Source: an uncultured Eubacteriales bacterium (GTDB lineage Bacteria; Bacillota; Clostridia; Tissierellales; Peptoniphilaceae). From it: DNA of 64,000 nucleotides. Below, in pieces: positions 33,746-42,345 of the stretch. Each line of letters begins with the position of its first letter. Position 1 is the stretch's first letter. The translations under genes and the position numbers were made by a program. The notes beneath the pieces are model-generated. The model did no database searches. It had not been told where the DNA came from and was given only the letters and a program-made list of their open reading frames with translations. The stretch covers positions 169,771-233,770 of the forward strand of contig UQBO01000001.1 of NCBI GenBank assembly GCA_900539225.1, in the 5' to 3' direction.

Positions 33746-34138
33746 ATGAAGAACTTTGAGAAGAAAAAAGGATTTACTTTTGTAGAGATAATTATCTCTA
33801 TAGCTATAGTTGCTATACTTATAGCTGTTGCTATACCTGCATACAAAGCGATTAAGACTAGCGCTGAAAGAACTGCTCACAACGCTAACGTTGATCAAAT
33901 CAGTTCAGTTGCTTTATTATACTTTACTGATTTTCCGGACGATCCTGACGTTACATCAGATGAATTATACGCTCAAGGATATTTAAAGAGCAAAGTTACA
34001 GTTCCTTCATCAATACCTGCAGGCACAGGTAATACAGCTAAGATATATACAGTGACTCGTGATGACCAAGGTGTTATAACAGTTAGTCCAGACAAGGTAG
34101 AAGCTAAGAAAAAGAGCGAGACCGGAACGGGTCATTAA
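33746..34138 (+). CDS. Type IV (pseudo)pilin with class III signal (ComGC/PilA-like major pilin)
   Basis: KKG|FTFVEIIISIAIVAILIAVAIP: G at -1, E at +5, then a hydrophobic helix. GGAGG RBS. Confidence 0.85.
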   Translation: MKNFEKKKGFTFVEIIISIAIVAILIAVAIPAYKAIKTSAERTAHNANVDQISSVALLYFTDFPDDPDVTSDELYAQGYLKSKVTVPSSIPAGTGNTAKIYTVTRDDQGVITVSPDKVEAKKKSETGTGH

Positions 34139-34147
34139 TAATTCATA

Positions 34148-34588
34148 ATGCTTATAGCCTTATATATACTTCTGTCACTTCTTCTTTTATATATCTCATA
34201 CAAAGACATAAAAGAAGCCGAGTACAATAGTTTTTATTTTTACTTTTTAATAATAATCATCTCAGCTATAGCTATATTAAAAGATGTATCTTATATTAAG
34301 ATATGCCTTATATACCTAGCTTTATTTCTTTCGCACATTTTAAAGACTAAGTACCTTGACTACATTGGCGATGGTGACGTTGATTTATATATTTTGTTTT
34401 TTATGATATTTGATTTTGAAAAATTTTTGATATTAATAATAATATCAACTCTAAGCGCAATACTTGTAAATCTAGCTAAAAACTATTGGCGTAAGAAAAA
34501 GGATAGTGGAGTTAGACTAGTTCCATATATAAGCTTTGCATTTTTTATCTTGATGCTCTTTGATTTATTTAAGGGGAAGGTCTTATGA
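34148..34588 (+). CDS. Small A24-family prepilin peptidase-like membrane protein (TadV/CpaA-sized, no N-terminal domain)
   Basis: YIGDGDVDLY matches the GxGDxKL aspartyl-protease motif of prepilin peptidases. 146 aa, multi-TM. Confidence 0.5.
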   Translation: MLIALYILLSLLLLYISYKDIKEAEYNSFYFYFLIIIISAIAILKDVSYIKICLIYLALFLSHILKTKYLDYIGDGDVDLYILFFMIFDFEKFLILIIISTLSAILVNLAKNYWRKKKDSGVRLVPYISFAFFILMLFDLFKGKVL

Positions 34589-35181
34589 AGAACATTATGT
34601 ACATCGATTCATCCTATGTGTTTTTAAATAATAAAAAAACTAGCATTGTTGAGCAAATTACTTATGATGATAGTGATAAAAGTGAGAGCCTCAAGTACTT
34701 ATTTAAGAAGTTTAGAGACAATAAATATTTAAACAAAGATACTCTCATTATAAAGCTAAATTATTATGATGGTGATTTAGACGCTTATTTAGCTAGCCTA
34801 GATAAAATTGATCTTTTATCCTTAAACTTAAAAGAAGAAAAAATAATGAAGATTATTACAGATGAAGCGCTGTATAAGTATGACGCAATCACTTCTTCAT
34901 ATGAAAAATCAAACTTTGATATTAATCTTTATAGTCTTGACAAGGATCAGCTTAATAACTATATTTTGAATCAAGCTAATAATACTGATGGCAAGGTCCT
35001 AGTCCTACTTAAGACAAAAGAATTTGAAGAAGTAAATAATATTTTTTATTTAAATGATTTATTTGAAATTATTAGTTCAAAACACAAAAGCAAGATAAAT
35101 CTTTCACTTATAATAAACATAGCTTTAGACATCATTATACTAGCCTTACTTGTATTGCTTGTTTTGAGGTTTATAAGATGA
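34585..35181 (+). CDS. Hypothetical pilus-operon protein with a C-terminal TM anchor
   Basis: ORF translationally coupled on both sides; C-terminal helix IINIALDIIILALLVLLVL. Confidence 0.4.
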   Translation: MKNIMYIDSSYVFLNNKKTSIVEQITYDDSDKSESLKYLFKKFRDNKYLNKDTLIIKLNYYDGDLDAYLASLDKIDLLSLNLKEEKIMKIITDEALYKYDAITSSYEKSNFDINLYSLDKDQLNNYILNQANNTDGKVLVLLKTKEFEEVNNIFYLNDLFEIISSKHKSKINLSLIINIALDIIILALLVLLVLRFIR

Positions 35182-35891
35182 GAAAGTATATAAATAAAGT
35201 GCTAATCATAATTTTGCTTATCCTAGCTAATCTCTTTCTACCTATAAATAGCGAGGAGCCAAATTATGAAGAGAGTGAAGTAAAAAAGAGATTTACACTA
35301 GCAAAAGATAAGAACGACAGCCAGCTAAAGAAGGCAAAAAAGATTGATATTGCAAAACATGATGCTGATGCGAGAACCATTAGCAAAGATGAAATCATTA
35401 ATAAGGTCATAATGTCTACGACTAATAGTTTTATTAGCTATAGTGATTTTGATAAAGAAGACCCTTTTGATATCATTGATGATTTTAATGAGGAAGATGA
35501 ATATGGTAATGAAGAGGCCATAGTTTTAGAAAGTGAAATAAGTAATCCTATACTGGACACATGGGAAGCAAAGGCGGGAAGCGTTTATTATCAAGATGAG
35601 AAGTCGCTTGTATTATATAATGACAGCAAAGAGAATATAGTTTTGCTACCAAAGAATGATATTATAATTAATAAAGATTTTGTAAGCATCGATTTTACTG
35701 GCTGTAGTGAGGCAAAATTAAAAGTTATTAAAAACGGAAAAGAAGCTCTAATTGATTTAGAGGGAGCATCTGACTTTAAATACTTCTACATCGGCAATGA
35801 TTTTAAAGGGGCAAGGATAGAGTCTATCGAGTTTATAAGAGATAACGATATGGCTTTTTATTTATCTATAGGTGAGATTGATTATGAATAA
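35178..35891 (+). CDS. Hypothetical secreted pilus-operon protein
   Basis: Signal peptide MRKYINKVLIIILLILANLFLPINS. Confidence 0.4.
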   Translation: MRKYINKVLIIILLILANLFLPINSEEPNYEESEVKKRFTLAKDKNDSQLKKAKKIDIAKHDADARTISKDEIINKVIMSTTNSFISYSDFDKEDPFDIIDDFNEEDEYGNEEAIVLESEISNPILDTWEAKAGSVYYQDEKSLVLYNDSKENIVLLPKNDIIINKDFVSIDFTGCSEAKLKVIKNGKEALIDLEGASDFKYFYIGNDFKGARIESIEFIRDNDMAFYLSIGEIDYE

Positions 35892-36306
35892 AAAAGGATT
35901 TACATATATTGACACAGTCATTTCTTTATGCGTGGCAGCTATAATCATATCTATGTTTATACTTGCGTATAGAGAGCTCAGTAATTATAGCGAGAGAGCT
36001 GAGGTCAAAAACGTTGTTCAAATAATAAAAAAGGCTAGACTTAGCGCCATCATGCAGATGATTGATGTTAAAGTAGTTCTTGATGGTGATGAGATTGTTG
36101 TCTCAAATATCAATGATATGAAGAAAGTTTACAAGCTAGAGCACCTTAAGTTTGAATCGAGTGAAAGTTTTCAATTCACTAGTGAAGGCGGCACAAAATC
36201 TTTTAAGGGCTCATATAATATGATATTACTTTCAAATAAGAGTAAAAAGAAATATAATGTGATTATAGCAGCAGTTGGAGGACAGGTTAGGTATGAAGAA
36301 GTATAA
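35884..36306 (+). CDS. Minor pseudopilin (prepilin-type N-terminus)
   Basis: MNKKG|FTYIDTVISLCVAAIIISMFIL: G at -1 and D at +5. RBS AGGTGAG 7 nt upstream of the ATG at 35884. Confidence 0.65.
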   Translation: MNKKGFTYIDTVISLCVAAIIISMFILAYRELSNYSERAEVKNVVQIIKKARLSAIMQMIDVKVVLDGDEIVVSNINDMKKVYKLEHLKFESSESFQFTSEGGTKSFKGSYNMILLSNKSKKKYNVIIAAVGGQVRYEEV

Positions 36307-36643
36307 AAAAGCACTTACAATGATGGATATTGTAGTTTCTTTTGCTATACTTTCTTGCTTCATACTTTTTCTGTCTATTTTTTTGAAGAATTTTATGGCG
36401 CTCGAGGCAGATACAAAGAAGCTTAGAAAAGCTGATGCCTTTGCAAGTAATGCTATGGAGATTCTTAGATCAGATGAAACAAACGATGTTTATACAATTT
36501 CAGATAAGATAAAAAACAATTTAGGCGAAGAATGTAAATTTAATCTCGTTAAAGAAGCATACACTGGAGATTTATATACATTTACACTATATATAATTGA
36601 TGAAGAAGGAAATACATATGAAGAATATCAGATCATCAAATAA
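36293..36643 (+). CDS. Minor pseudopilin-like protein
   Basis: MKKYKKA|LTMMDIVVSFAILSCFILFL: A at -1, D at +5, hydrophobic helix. GGAGG RBS upstream of the ATG at 36293. Confidence 0.55.
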   Translation: MKKYKKALTMMDIVVSFAILSCFILFLSIFLKNFMALEADTKKLRKADAFASNAMEILRSDETNDVYTISDKIKNNLGEECKFNLVKEAYTGDLYTFTLYIIDEEGNTYEEYQIIK

Positions 36644-37092
36644 AAAAAGCAGAGTCCTTAATTGAGCTAATTATCGCTCTATTTCTTTTGTCAATAGTTT
36701 TGTTCCAAGCAAGCTCCTTACTTAAAAACTTTACTAGTTTTTCTAAAAGATATGAAGAAAGCTTAGAGAAAGAAGACGACATTAATCTATTCTTTTCGTT
36801 CATTGAAAATGATTTTACTTTATATAACACAGTGAGTGTTAAGGCTGACTCAATACATTTTGAAAAGAAAGGCTCGAGAGAACTTAAATCATGTGACTAT
36901 TATATGGACGGCGATAGAATAAAGAGAGTTGCAGGTGCTAAGTCTATTGGCGTAACATACTTTTTATCAGGACTTGAAGACCTTTCCTTTGCTTATAATG
37001 CTGAGGATGCCTTTGTAAGTATGCAAATCAAAGTAGGTAGCAAAGACTATAAAAAGCTATTCAGTACAAAGTATCTTGAGGTGATAGAATGA
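36618..37092 (+). CDS. Minor pseudopilin whose start is disrupted by a frameshift at an A7 tract. ATG 36618 (MKNIRSSNKK...) and the body from 36649 (AESLIELIIALFLLSIVLFQASSLL...) lie in different frames; the ORF track only sees TTG 36688-37092.
   Basis: With A6 instead of A7 at 36642-36648 the ORF reads MKNIRSSNKK-A|ESLIELIIALFLLSIV..., with A at -1 and E at +5. This is a canonical prepilin leader plus helix. Confidence 0.5.
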
Positions 37093-37898
37093 AGAAGGGC
37101 AGTGCAAGCTTAGTAGTTTTATCGGTAATATTTTTAATAACAGCTCTTTTAATATATCTCTTTGAATACGTAAGCGTTGAAAGAATGATGTACCTAAACA
37201 GGTCAAAGATGAAGCAATATGCTTATAATGAAGAATCGCTACACAATATAATTACTAAGGATATACAAGAGACTTATTTAAATGGCGGTGACATTTATGA
37301 TATTATAGGCAAAAATTACTCGGTTTTTGAAAATCAAAAAGCGATAGTCTCACTAAATGATCCAACGGCAAAGAACGCTATTAATGTTTATTACGAAGAA
37401 AAATTTTCTAATAAAAAGAAAATATCTAAAAGTACAAAATATTCATTACTAAACAGAATATTTTTCAAAGACAATCCTAGCACTAAAGAGAAAAAAGATT
37501 TTTGCGAAGAAATCATTCAAGATAATGAAGTGCAAAACTTTAGCACGAGCGAAATCAATAATTATTTTATTGATATAGAGGACATAGATGCAAGAAACTT
37601 TGATTATGCGAACGCCATAGTCAAAATCACAGCTGATGATGAGGACCTGTGTGCGAACATTAATGGCTCAGGTATAATGATTATAGATGGCGATGTGAGT
37701 GTTAAAGCAAATTTTTATTTTAGAGGTCTTTTGATTATAGATGGCAGATTAAATATTGAGGGTGAAAGCGATATAATGGGAGCTGTTATTGATATAGATA
37801 AAGAATCTAATATTGGCTGTTTCAAGTCGCTTAATACGATGTATAGAAGGTGCAAAACATTCAAAGGAATAATAAAGGTGACTAGGTCAAACTATTAA
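37089..37898 (+). CDS. Pilus-operon membrane protein with an N-terminal pilin-like/TM segment and a C-terminal beta-helix-like repeat region (ComGG/PilX-position protein)
   Basis: MKKGSASLVVLSVIFLITALLIY, then ...IIDGDVSVKANFYFRGLLIIDGRLNIEGESDIMGAVIDID repeats. Confidence 0.4.
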   Translation: MKKGSASLVVLSVIFLITALLIYLFEYVSVERMMYLNRSKMKQYAYNEESLHNIITKDIQETYLNGGDIYDIIGKNYSVFENQKAIVSLNDPTAKNAINVYYEEKFSNKKKISKSTKYSLLNRIFFKDNPSTKEKKDFCEEIIQDNEVQNFSTSEINNYFIDIEDIDARNFDYANAIVKITADDEDLCANINGSGIMIIDGDVSVKANFYFRGLLIIDGRLNIEGESDIMGAVIDIDKESNIGCFKSLNTMYRRCKTFKGIIKVTRSNY

Positions 37899-37943
37899 AG
37901 ATAATATTTATTTATAAAAATATCGATATTATTAAAAAAATAC

Positions 37944-37972
37944 TTGTTAAATTACAAATTAACTGATATAAT
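37944..37972 (+). promoter_or_regulatory. Promoter TTGTTA-N17-TATAAT for efp
   Basis: Read directly, upstream of the AGGAGG RBS of efp. Confidence 0.5.
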
Positions 37973-38004
37973 AGTCTTAGAGATTAGAATTTAGGAGGAA
38001 ATAT

Positions 38005-38562
38005 ATGTTATCGGCAAGTGATTTTAGAAATGGCGCTACATTCGAATGGGATGGAGACGTTTATCAAGTATTGGACTTTCAACATGTTAAGCCAGGAAAG
38101 GGAGCTGCTTTTGTTAGAGCAACTATCAGAAGCGTACTAAGCGGCGCAACAAAGGAAGTAACATTCAACCCAACTGAAAAGTTCAATGACGCACAATTGG
38201 AAACAAAAGAAATGCAATATCTTTACAATGATGATGCACTTTACTACTTTATGGACAACGAAACATATGAGCAACTTCCATTAAACAAGGATGAAGTTCA
38301 AGAAGCTATTCAATTCTTAAGAGAAAATGATACAGCAGTTATAAGATTCTACAAAGGCAAAGCATTTTCAGTACAAGCACCTAACTTTGTTGAACTAGAA
38401 GTTACTCAAACAGAACCTGGTGTTAAGGGGAACACTACTACTGGAGCTACTAAACCAGCTACTGTAGAAACAGGATTTACATTAAACGTACCACTATTTG
38501 TTAATATTGGTGATAGAATTAAAATTGACACAAGAAGTGGAGAATATTTATCTAGAGTTTAA
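38005..38562 (+). CDS. efp: Elongation factor P
   Basis: [39 protein letters not shown]..., with the conserved KPGKG loop. Confidence 0.95.
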   Translation: MLSASDFRNGATFEWDGDVYQVLDFQHVKPGKGAAFVRATIRSVLSGATKEVTFNPTEKFNDAQLETKEMQYLYNDDALYYFMDNETYEQLPLNKDEVQEAIQFLRENDTAVIRFYKGKAFSVQAPNFVELEVTQTEPGVKGNTTTGATKPATVETGFTLNVPLFVNIGDRIKIDTRSGEYLSRV

Positions 38563-38574
38563 GGAGGTAGAAAA

Positions 38575-38928
38575 ATGTACGAACTATCAAAGAGAGTTTC
38601 TTATTTAAAGGGACTTGCAGAAGGCTTAGGCTTGAATGAAGAAAGTAAAGAAGAAAAGATTTTAAGTGAAATCATCGACATTCTTGATGAGATGGCTGAA
38701 GTTGTTTGTGATAACGAAGCAGCTATTGAAGACTTAGAAGACTACATCTTCGAAGTAGACGAAGATCTTTCTTACTTAGAAGATGATGTTTATGGCGATG
38801 ACTACGAAGATTATGAAGATGATGATGACTACGACTACGATTTCGATGATGATTACGACTTTGATTATGATGATGATTATTTCGAATATCCAGAAGAAGA
38901 TGAAGACGAGGAGGAAGACTCTAAATAG
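38575..38928 (+). CDS. Highly acidic Asp/Tyr/Glu-rich small protein of unknown function
   Basis: GGAGG RBS. The C-terminal 55 aa are almost entirely D, Y and E (DYEDYEDDDDYDYDFDDDYDFDYDDDYFEY...). Confidence 0.5.
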   Translation: MYELSKRVSYLKGLAEGLGLNEESKEEKILSEIIDILDEMAEVVCDNEAAIEDLEDYIFEVDEDLSYLEDDVYGDDYEDYEDDDDYDYDFDDDYDFDYDDDYFEYPEEDEDEEEDSK

Positions 38929-38936
38929 AGTAAGAT

Positions 38937-39293
38937 ATGGAAAATAACAATATTGGAAAGATCACTATATCTGATGATGTTATAGCAACTATAGCTAGCA
39001 ATGCAACGTGCGAAGTAGAACATGTTTGCTCACTATCAGCAGGTATTGGATCGAACATTACTGATTTATTAGGAGTAAAAAATTTTAATAAACCAATTAA
39101 AATTGAAAGCAGTGAAGAAGGTTGTATAATAGACATATATGTTGACATCGAATACGGTGCAAAGATTGACAAGGTTGGATACGATATTCAATCAAGTGTA
39201 AAATCGGCTGTTGAAGAGATGACTGACATACATGTTTTGCAAGTTAATGTTCATGTAAAGGGCGTTAAAGAAATACAAAAGGCTAATAAATAA
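38937..39293 (+). CDS. Asp23/Gls24-family (alkaline shock) protein
   Basis: IGKITISDDVIATIASNAT... and overall Asp23-like sequence. In Firmicutes it is commonly upstream of nusB. Confidence 0.75.
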   Translation: MENNNIGKITISDDVIATIASNATCEVEHVCSLSAGIGSNITDLLGVKNFNKPIKIESSEEGCIIDIYVDIEYGAKIDKVGYDIQSSVKSAVEEMTDIHVLQVNVHVKGVKEIQKANK

Positions 39294-39300
39294 TTTGATT

Positions 39301-39336
39301 AAACTCCAGTAATTGCGCTGGAGTTTTTTTAAAGAA
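39301..39336 (+). terminator. Rho-independent terminator
   Basis: aaactccagtaattgcgctggagttt hairpin followed by ttttt. Confidence 0.65.
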
Positions 39337-39375
39337 AGATTTAGGCACACAGCTGCCTTTTTAGTGAGGGATAAT

Positions 39376-39783
39376 ATGTCATACGACAAGACTAGATTAA
39401 ATTTAATGAATGCAATATATCAAATTGACCTAAATAAATATACTTCAGTAAGTGATTTAGATGGGTATTTTGAAGCGCTTGAGATAAGTGATGAGAATAA
39501 AATGAAGCTTAGTAATAGACTTGAGAAATTTATTGAGAATGTCGATCTAATTGATACAGAACTTAAAAAAGCGTTTAAAGATGCAAAGCTTGAAAGATTA
39601 TCATATATTGACAGAGCACTACTAAGACTTGCTATCTTTGAAATATATATAGAAGAAGAAATTGCTTATCAAATTATAATCAACGATATAGTAGAAATTG
39701 CAAAGAACTTCTCAGACGATAACTCATACAAATTTATTAACGCTATACTTGGTGATTACGTAAGGAACTATTACCATGAATAA
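39376..39783 (+). CDS. nusB: Transcription antitermination factor NusB
   Basis: NusB-like helical sequence. The ATG at 39376 with RBS GTGAGGG was chosen, because the ORF-track start at 39313 lies inside the terminator. Confidence 0.8.
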   Translation: MSYDKTRLNLMNAIYQIDLNKYTSVSDLDGYFEALEISDENKMKLSNRLEKFIENVDLIDTELKKAFKDAKLERLSYIDRALLRLAIFEIYIEEEIAYQIIINDIVEIAKNFSDDNSYKFINAILGDYVRNYYHE

Positions 39784-41116
39784 ATTCACGGTAACGGCTC
39801 TTAACGACTACATAAAGGACGTTTTGGCGAGCGATTTTCTTTTGCAAGAGATATACGTCGAAGGGGAAGTGGCTGATTATAAGAAAAACAATTCGGGACA
39901 CTTATATTTTTTGATTAAGGATGAGAGCTCCAAGATTAAGTGCGCCTTCTATTGTTATAAGAATGAAGAAGAGATCACTCTTGAGAATGGTATGAAGGTC
40001 TTTATCAAAGGAAAGATTTCTACTTATGACCAAAACAGCACCTACCAGATCAATGTTGATTACGTTGAAGAGCTAGGCATAGGTAAGCTCAAGAGAGAGT
40101 TTAGAAAAACGCTTGAGAAGCTTGAAAAGGAAGGCCTTTTTGACGAGGAATTTAAACAAGAAATACCAAAGTACCCAAAAAGACTTGGTCTAATCGCTTC
40201 ATCAACAAGCGCTGGCTTTAGAGATATAGTAAAGGTGCTTAGACGAAGGACCAATATGATTGACATAATTCTATATGATTCCTTCGTTCAAGGGGATATG
40301 GCTGTATCTAATATCAATAGCGGGCTGGATTACTTCAATCAAAAGAATGATGTGGATCTCATTCTTATTGCAAGAGGCGGGGGCAGTTACGAAGAACTAG
40401 CCGTTTTTAACGACGAGAGCATGGCAAGAAAGATATTCGCATCAAAGATACCAGTTATGACAGCTGTTGGTCACCAGATAGATAGCTTTATAGCTGATCT
40501 TGTAGCAGATAAGAGATGCGCAACGCCATCTGAGGCGGCTGAAATTATATCCAAGTACTACTATGAACTACCAGATTTATTAGATCAAAATATATTGCAG
40601 ATAAGTTTTTTAATGAATCACTATATTTCAAGTGAAGAAGCCAATTTAAAGAACAAAAGAGATTTGATTAATAGTTTAAACACTAAAACCCTAATTGATA
40701 ATTTTTATTCAAAGACAAATAATCTTATGATATTAATTAAAAAAGAGATGGATAAGTTCATTTATGCGAAGGAGAAAAAAGTTGATATGCTCGCATCAAG
40801 GCTAATTTATTCATCCGTAAGTAAAAGGATAGACGAAGCGAATAACACTATTGACAAGAGAATCGTTAATATAAATCAAGCTATGAACAATAAGCTGAGC
40901 TCTATGACAGAGGATTTACAAAAGTTTAAGCTAAGGCTTACTATAAACGATATTTACAAGACTTTAAGAAGAGGTTACTTTTTGATAAGTGATTTAGATA
41001 ATAAAACTATAAAAGATGCTAATAATATAAAGATAGGCTCGGATATATTAATTAAGTCATACAATAGCAGTATTAGAGCTCATGTTTTGGAGGTAAATAA
41101 TGACATTAAATTATGA
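39776..41116 (+). CDS. xseA: Exodeoxyribonuclease VII large subunit
   Basis: N-terminal OB fold (VTALNDYIKDVL...IYVEGEVADYK), the catalytic region, and position before xseB. Confidence 0.9.
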   Translation: MNKFTVTALNDYIKDVLASDFLLQEIYVEGEVADYKKNNSGHLYFLIKDESSKIKCAFYCYKNEEEITLENGMKVFIKGKISTYDQNSTYQINVDYVEELGIGKLKREFRKTLEKLEKEGLFDEEFKQEIPKYPKRLGLIASSTSAGFRDIVKVLRRRTNMIDIILYDSFVQGDMAVSNINSGLDYFNQKNDVDLILIARGGGSYEELAVFNDESMARKIFASKIPVMTAVGHQIDSFIADLVADKRCATPSEAAEIISKYYYELPDLLDQNILQISFLMNHYISSEEANLKNKRDLINSLNTKTLIDNFYSKTNNLMILIKKEMDKFIYAKEKKVDMLASRLIYSSVSKRIDEANNTIDKRIVNINQAMNNKLSSMTEDLQKFKLRLTINDIYKTLRRGYFLISDLDNKTIKDANNIKIGSDILIKSYNSSIRAHVLEVNNDIKL

Positions 41117-41405
41117 AAAAACATTAGATAACTTAGATGATATTCTTGAGAAATTGCAAAGTCAAGAGCTAAGTTTGGATGAAAGCATAGATGAATTTGA
41201 AAAAGCGGTTAAACTTTACAAAGAATTGAATAAAAAATTAAGTGAAGCTAAGATGAAGATTAAAAAGATCGAGATAGACGACTTAAATCTTTCAAAAGAG
41301 ATTGATTACGACGTTGAAGACAACGATTTCGAAACCATAGACTCATTTAAAGACTTTGGCGAAGTGCAGGATGACGATTTGGACTACGACGATGATGAAT
41401 ATTAA
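41100..41405 (+). CDS. xseB: Exodeoxyribonuclease VII small subunit, with an acidic C-terminal extension
   Basis: LDNLDDILEKLQSQELSLDESIDEFEKAVKLYKELNKKL is the XseB signature. Confidence 0.85.
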   Translation: MTLNYEKTLDNLDDILEKLQSQELSLDESIDEFEKAVKLYKELNKKLSEAKMKIKKIEIDDLNLSKEIDYDVEDNDFETIDSFKDFGEVQDDDLDYDDDEY

Positions 41406-42222
41406 TACATTCAAAGAGTCTTTTGACAAGAGGCTTCCTATGGAGCTAAGGCCTTATCTTAATGATGACGTCATCTCAGAGGCCATAGAATACGCCTCAT
41501 ACGATGCAGGCAAGAGACTTAGGCCCTTTATTCTATATAGCCTTGGAAATGAGCTAGAGCTCGATAAGAAGCTAATAAATGCCTTTGCGGTCGCACTTGA
41601 GTTAATTCACAATTATTCCCTAGTTCATGATGATTTGCCAGCTATGGACAACGATGAGTATAGACGCGGTAAATTTACAGTTCACAAGAAATATGGCGAA
41701 GCAAACGCAATTTTGTGCGGTGATGCACTTTTGAACCTGTCTATGGAATACCTAGCTCACAAGCTTAGAGATAATGATAATAAAAACATTTTAAAAGCAA
41801 TGAGCTATATGTATAGATCGTCAGGAGTAAAAGGCATGATACTTGGTCAGTCAGAAGACATACGCATGGAGAGTGGCGATATAGGCACATATACTTATGA
41901 TGAGTACAAGAGCATGATACTAAATAAGACAGGAAGACTATTTAATATAGCTTTTCTAGTTCCGTGCATATTAGCTGATAAAGATGAAGAGATAATGAAA
42001 AATGTTTTAATCTTCTCAATACTATTCGCAATGAGTTTTCAAATAAAGGACGATTTAGACGACTTGAATGAAAATAAAGAGATAGATGGCAACAATATAC
42101 TTAAGTTTCACTCATTTGAAGAGGCAAAAGAGATACTTGATGAAAACATAAATAAGATGAAGGCACTTCAAGCAAAGCTTAATTATGAAACAACAAAGTA
42201 CTCATTAGAATTAATTAAATAA
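41392..42222 (+). CDS. ispA: Polyprenyl (farnesyl/geranyl diphosphate) synthase
   Basis: First Asp-rich motif LVHDDLPAMDNDEYRRG and second FQIKDDLDD. Confidence 0.88.
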   Translation: MMNINTFKESFDKRLPMELRPYLNDDVISEAIEYASYDAGKRLRPFILYSLGNELELDKKLINAFAVALELIHNYSLVHDDLPAMDNDEYRRGKFTVHKKYGEANAILCGDALLNLSMEYLAHKLRDNDNKNILKAMSYMYRSSGVKGMILGQSEDIRMESGDIGTYTYDEYKSMILNKTGRLFNIAFLVPCILADKDEEIMKNVLIFSILFAMSFQIKDDLDDLNENKEIDGNNILKFHSFEEAKEILDENINKMKALQAKLNYETTKYSLELIK

Positions 42223-42233
42223 GATATATCAAA

Positions 42234-42270
42234 GACATATTGATTATTGAATCAGTATGTTTTTTTTTAT
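42234..42270 (+). terminator. Terminator hairpin followed by a T9 tract
   Basis: acatattgatt...aatcagtatgt, then ttttttttt. Confidence 0.5.
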
Positions 42271-42278
42271 GATATAAG

Positions 42279-42310
42279 TTGATTATTAATCTTTATGTGA
42301 TATAATATTT
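42279..42310 (+). promoter_or_regulatory. Promoter TTGATT-N17 with a TG-extended TATAAT
   Basis: gttgattattaatctttatgtgatataat, about 40 nt upstream of the S41 peptidase start. Confidence 0.45.
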
Positions 42311-42345
42311 ATAGATATAAATTTGCACGGAATGGGATATGAATC

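Noticed and set aside
33338-33898. 186-aa minus-strand ORF
   Set aside because: It is antisense to the pilus platform gene and the pilin gene, and its Ser-rich sequence is an AT-codon artefact.
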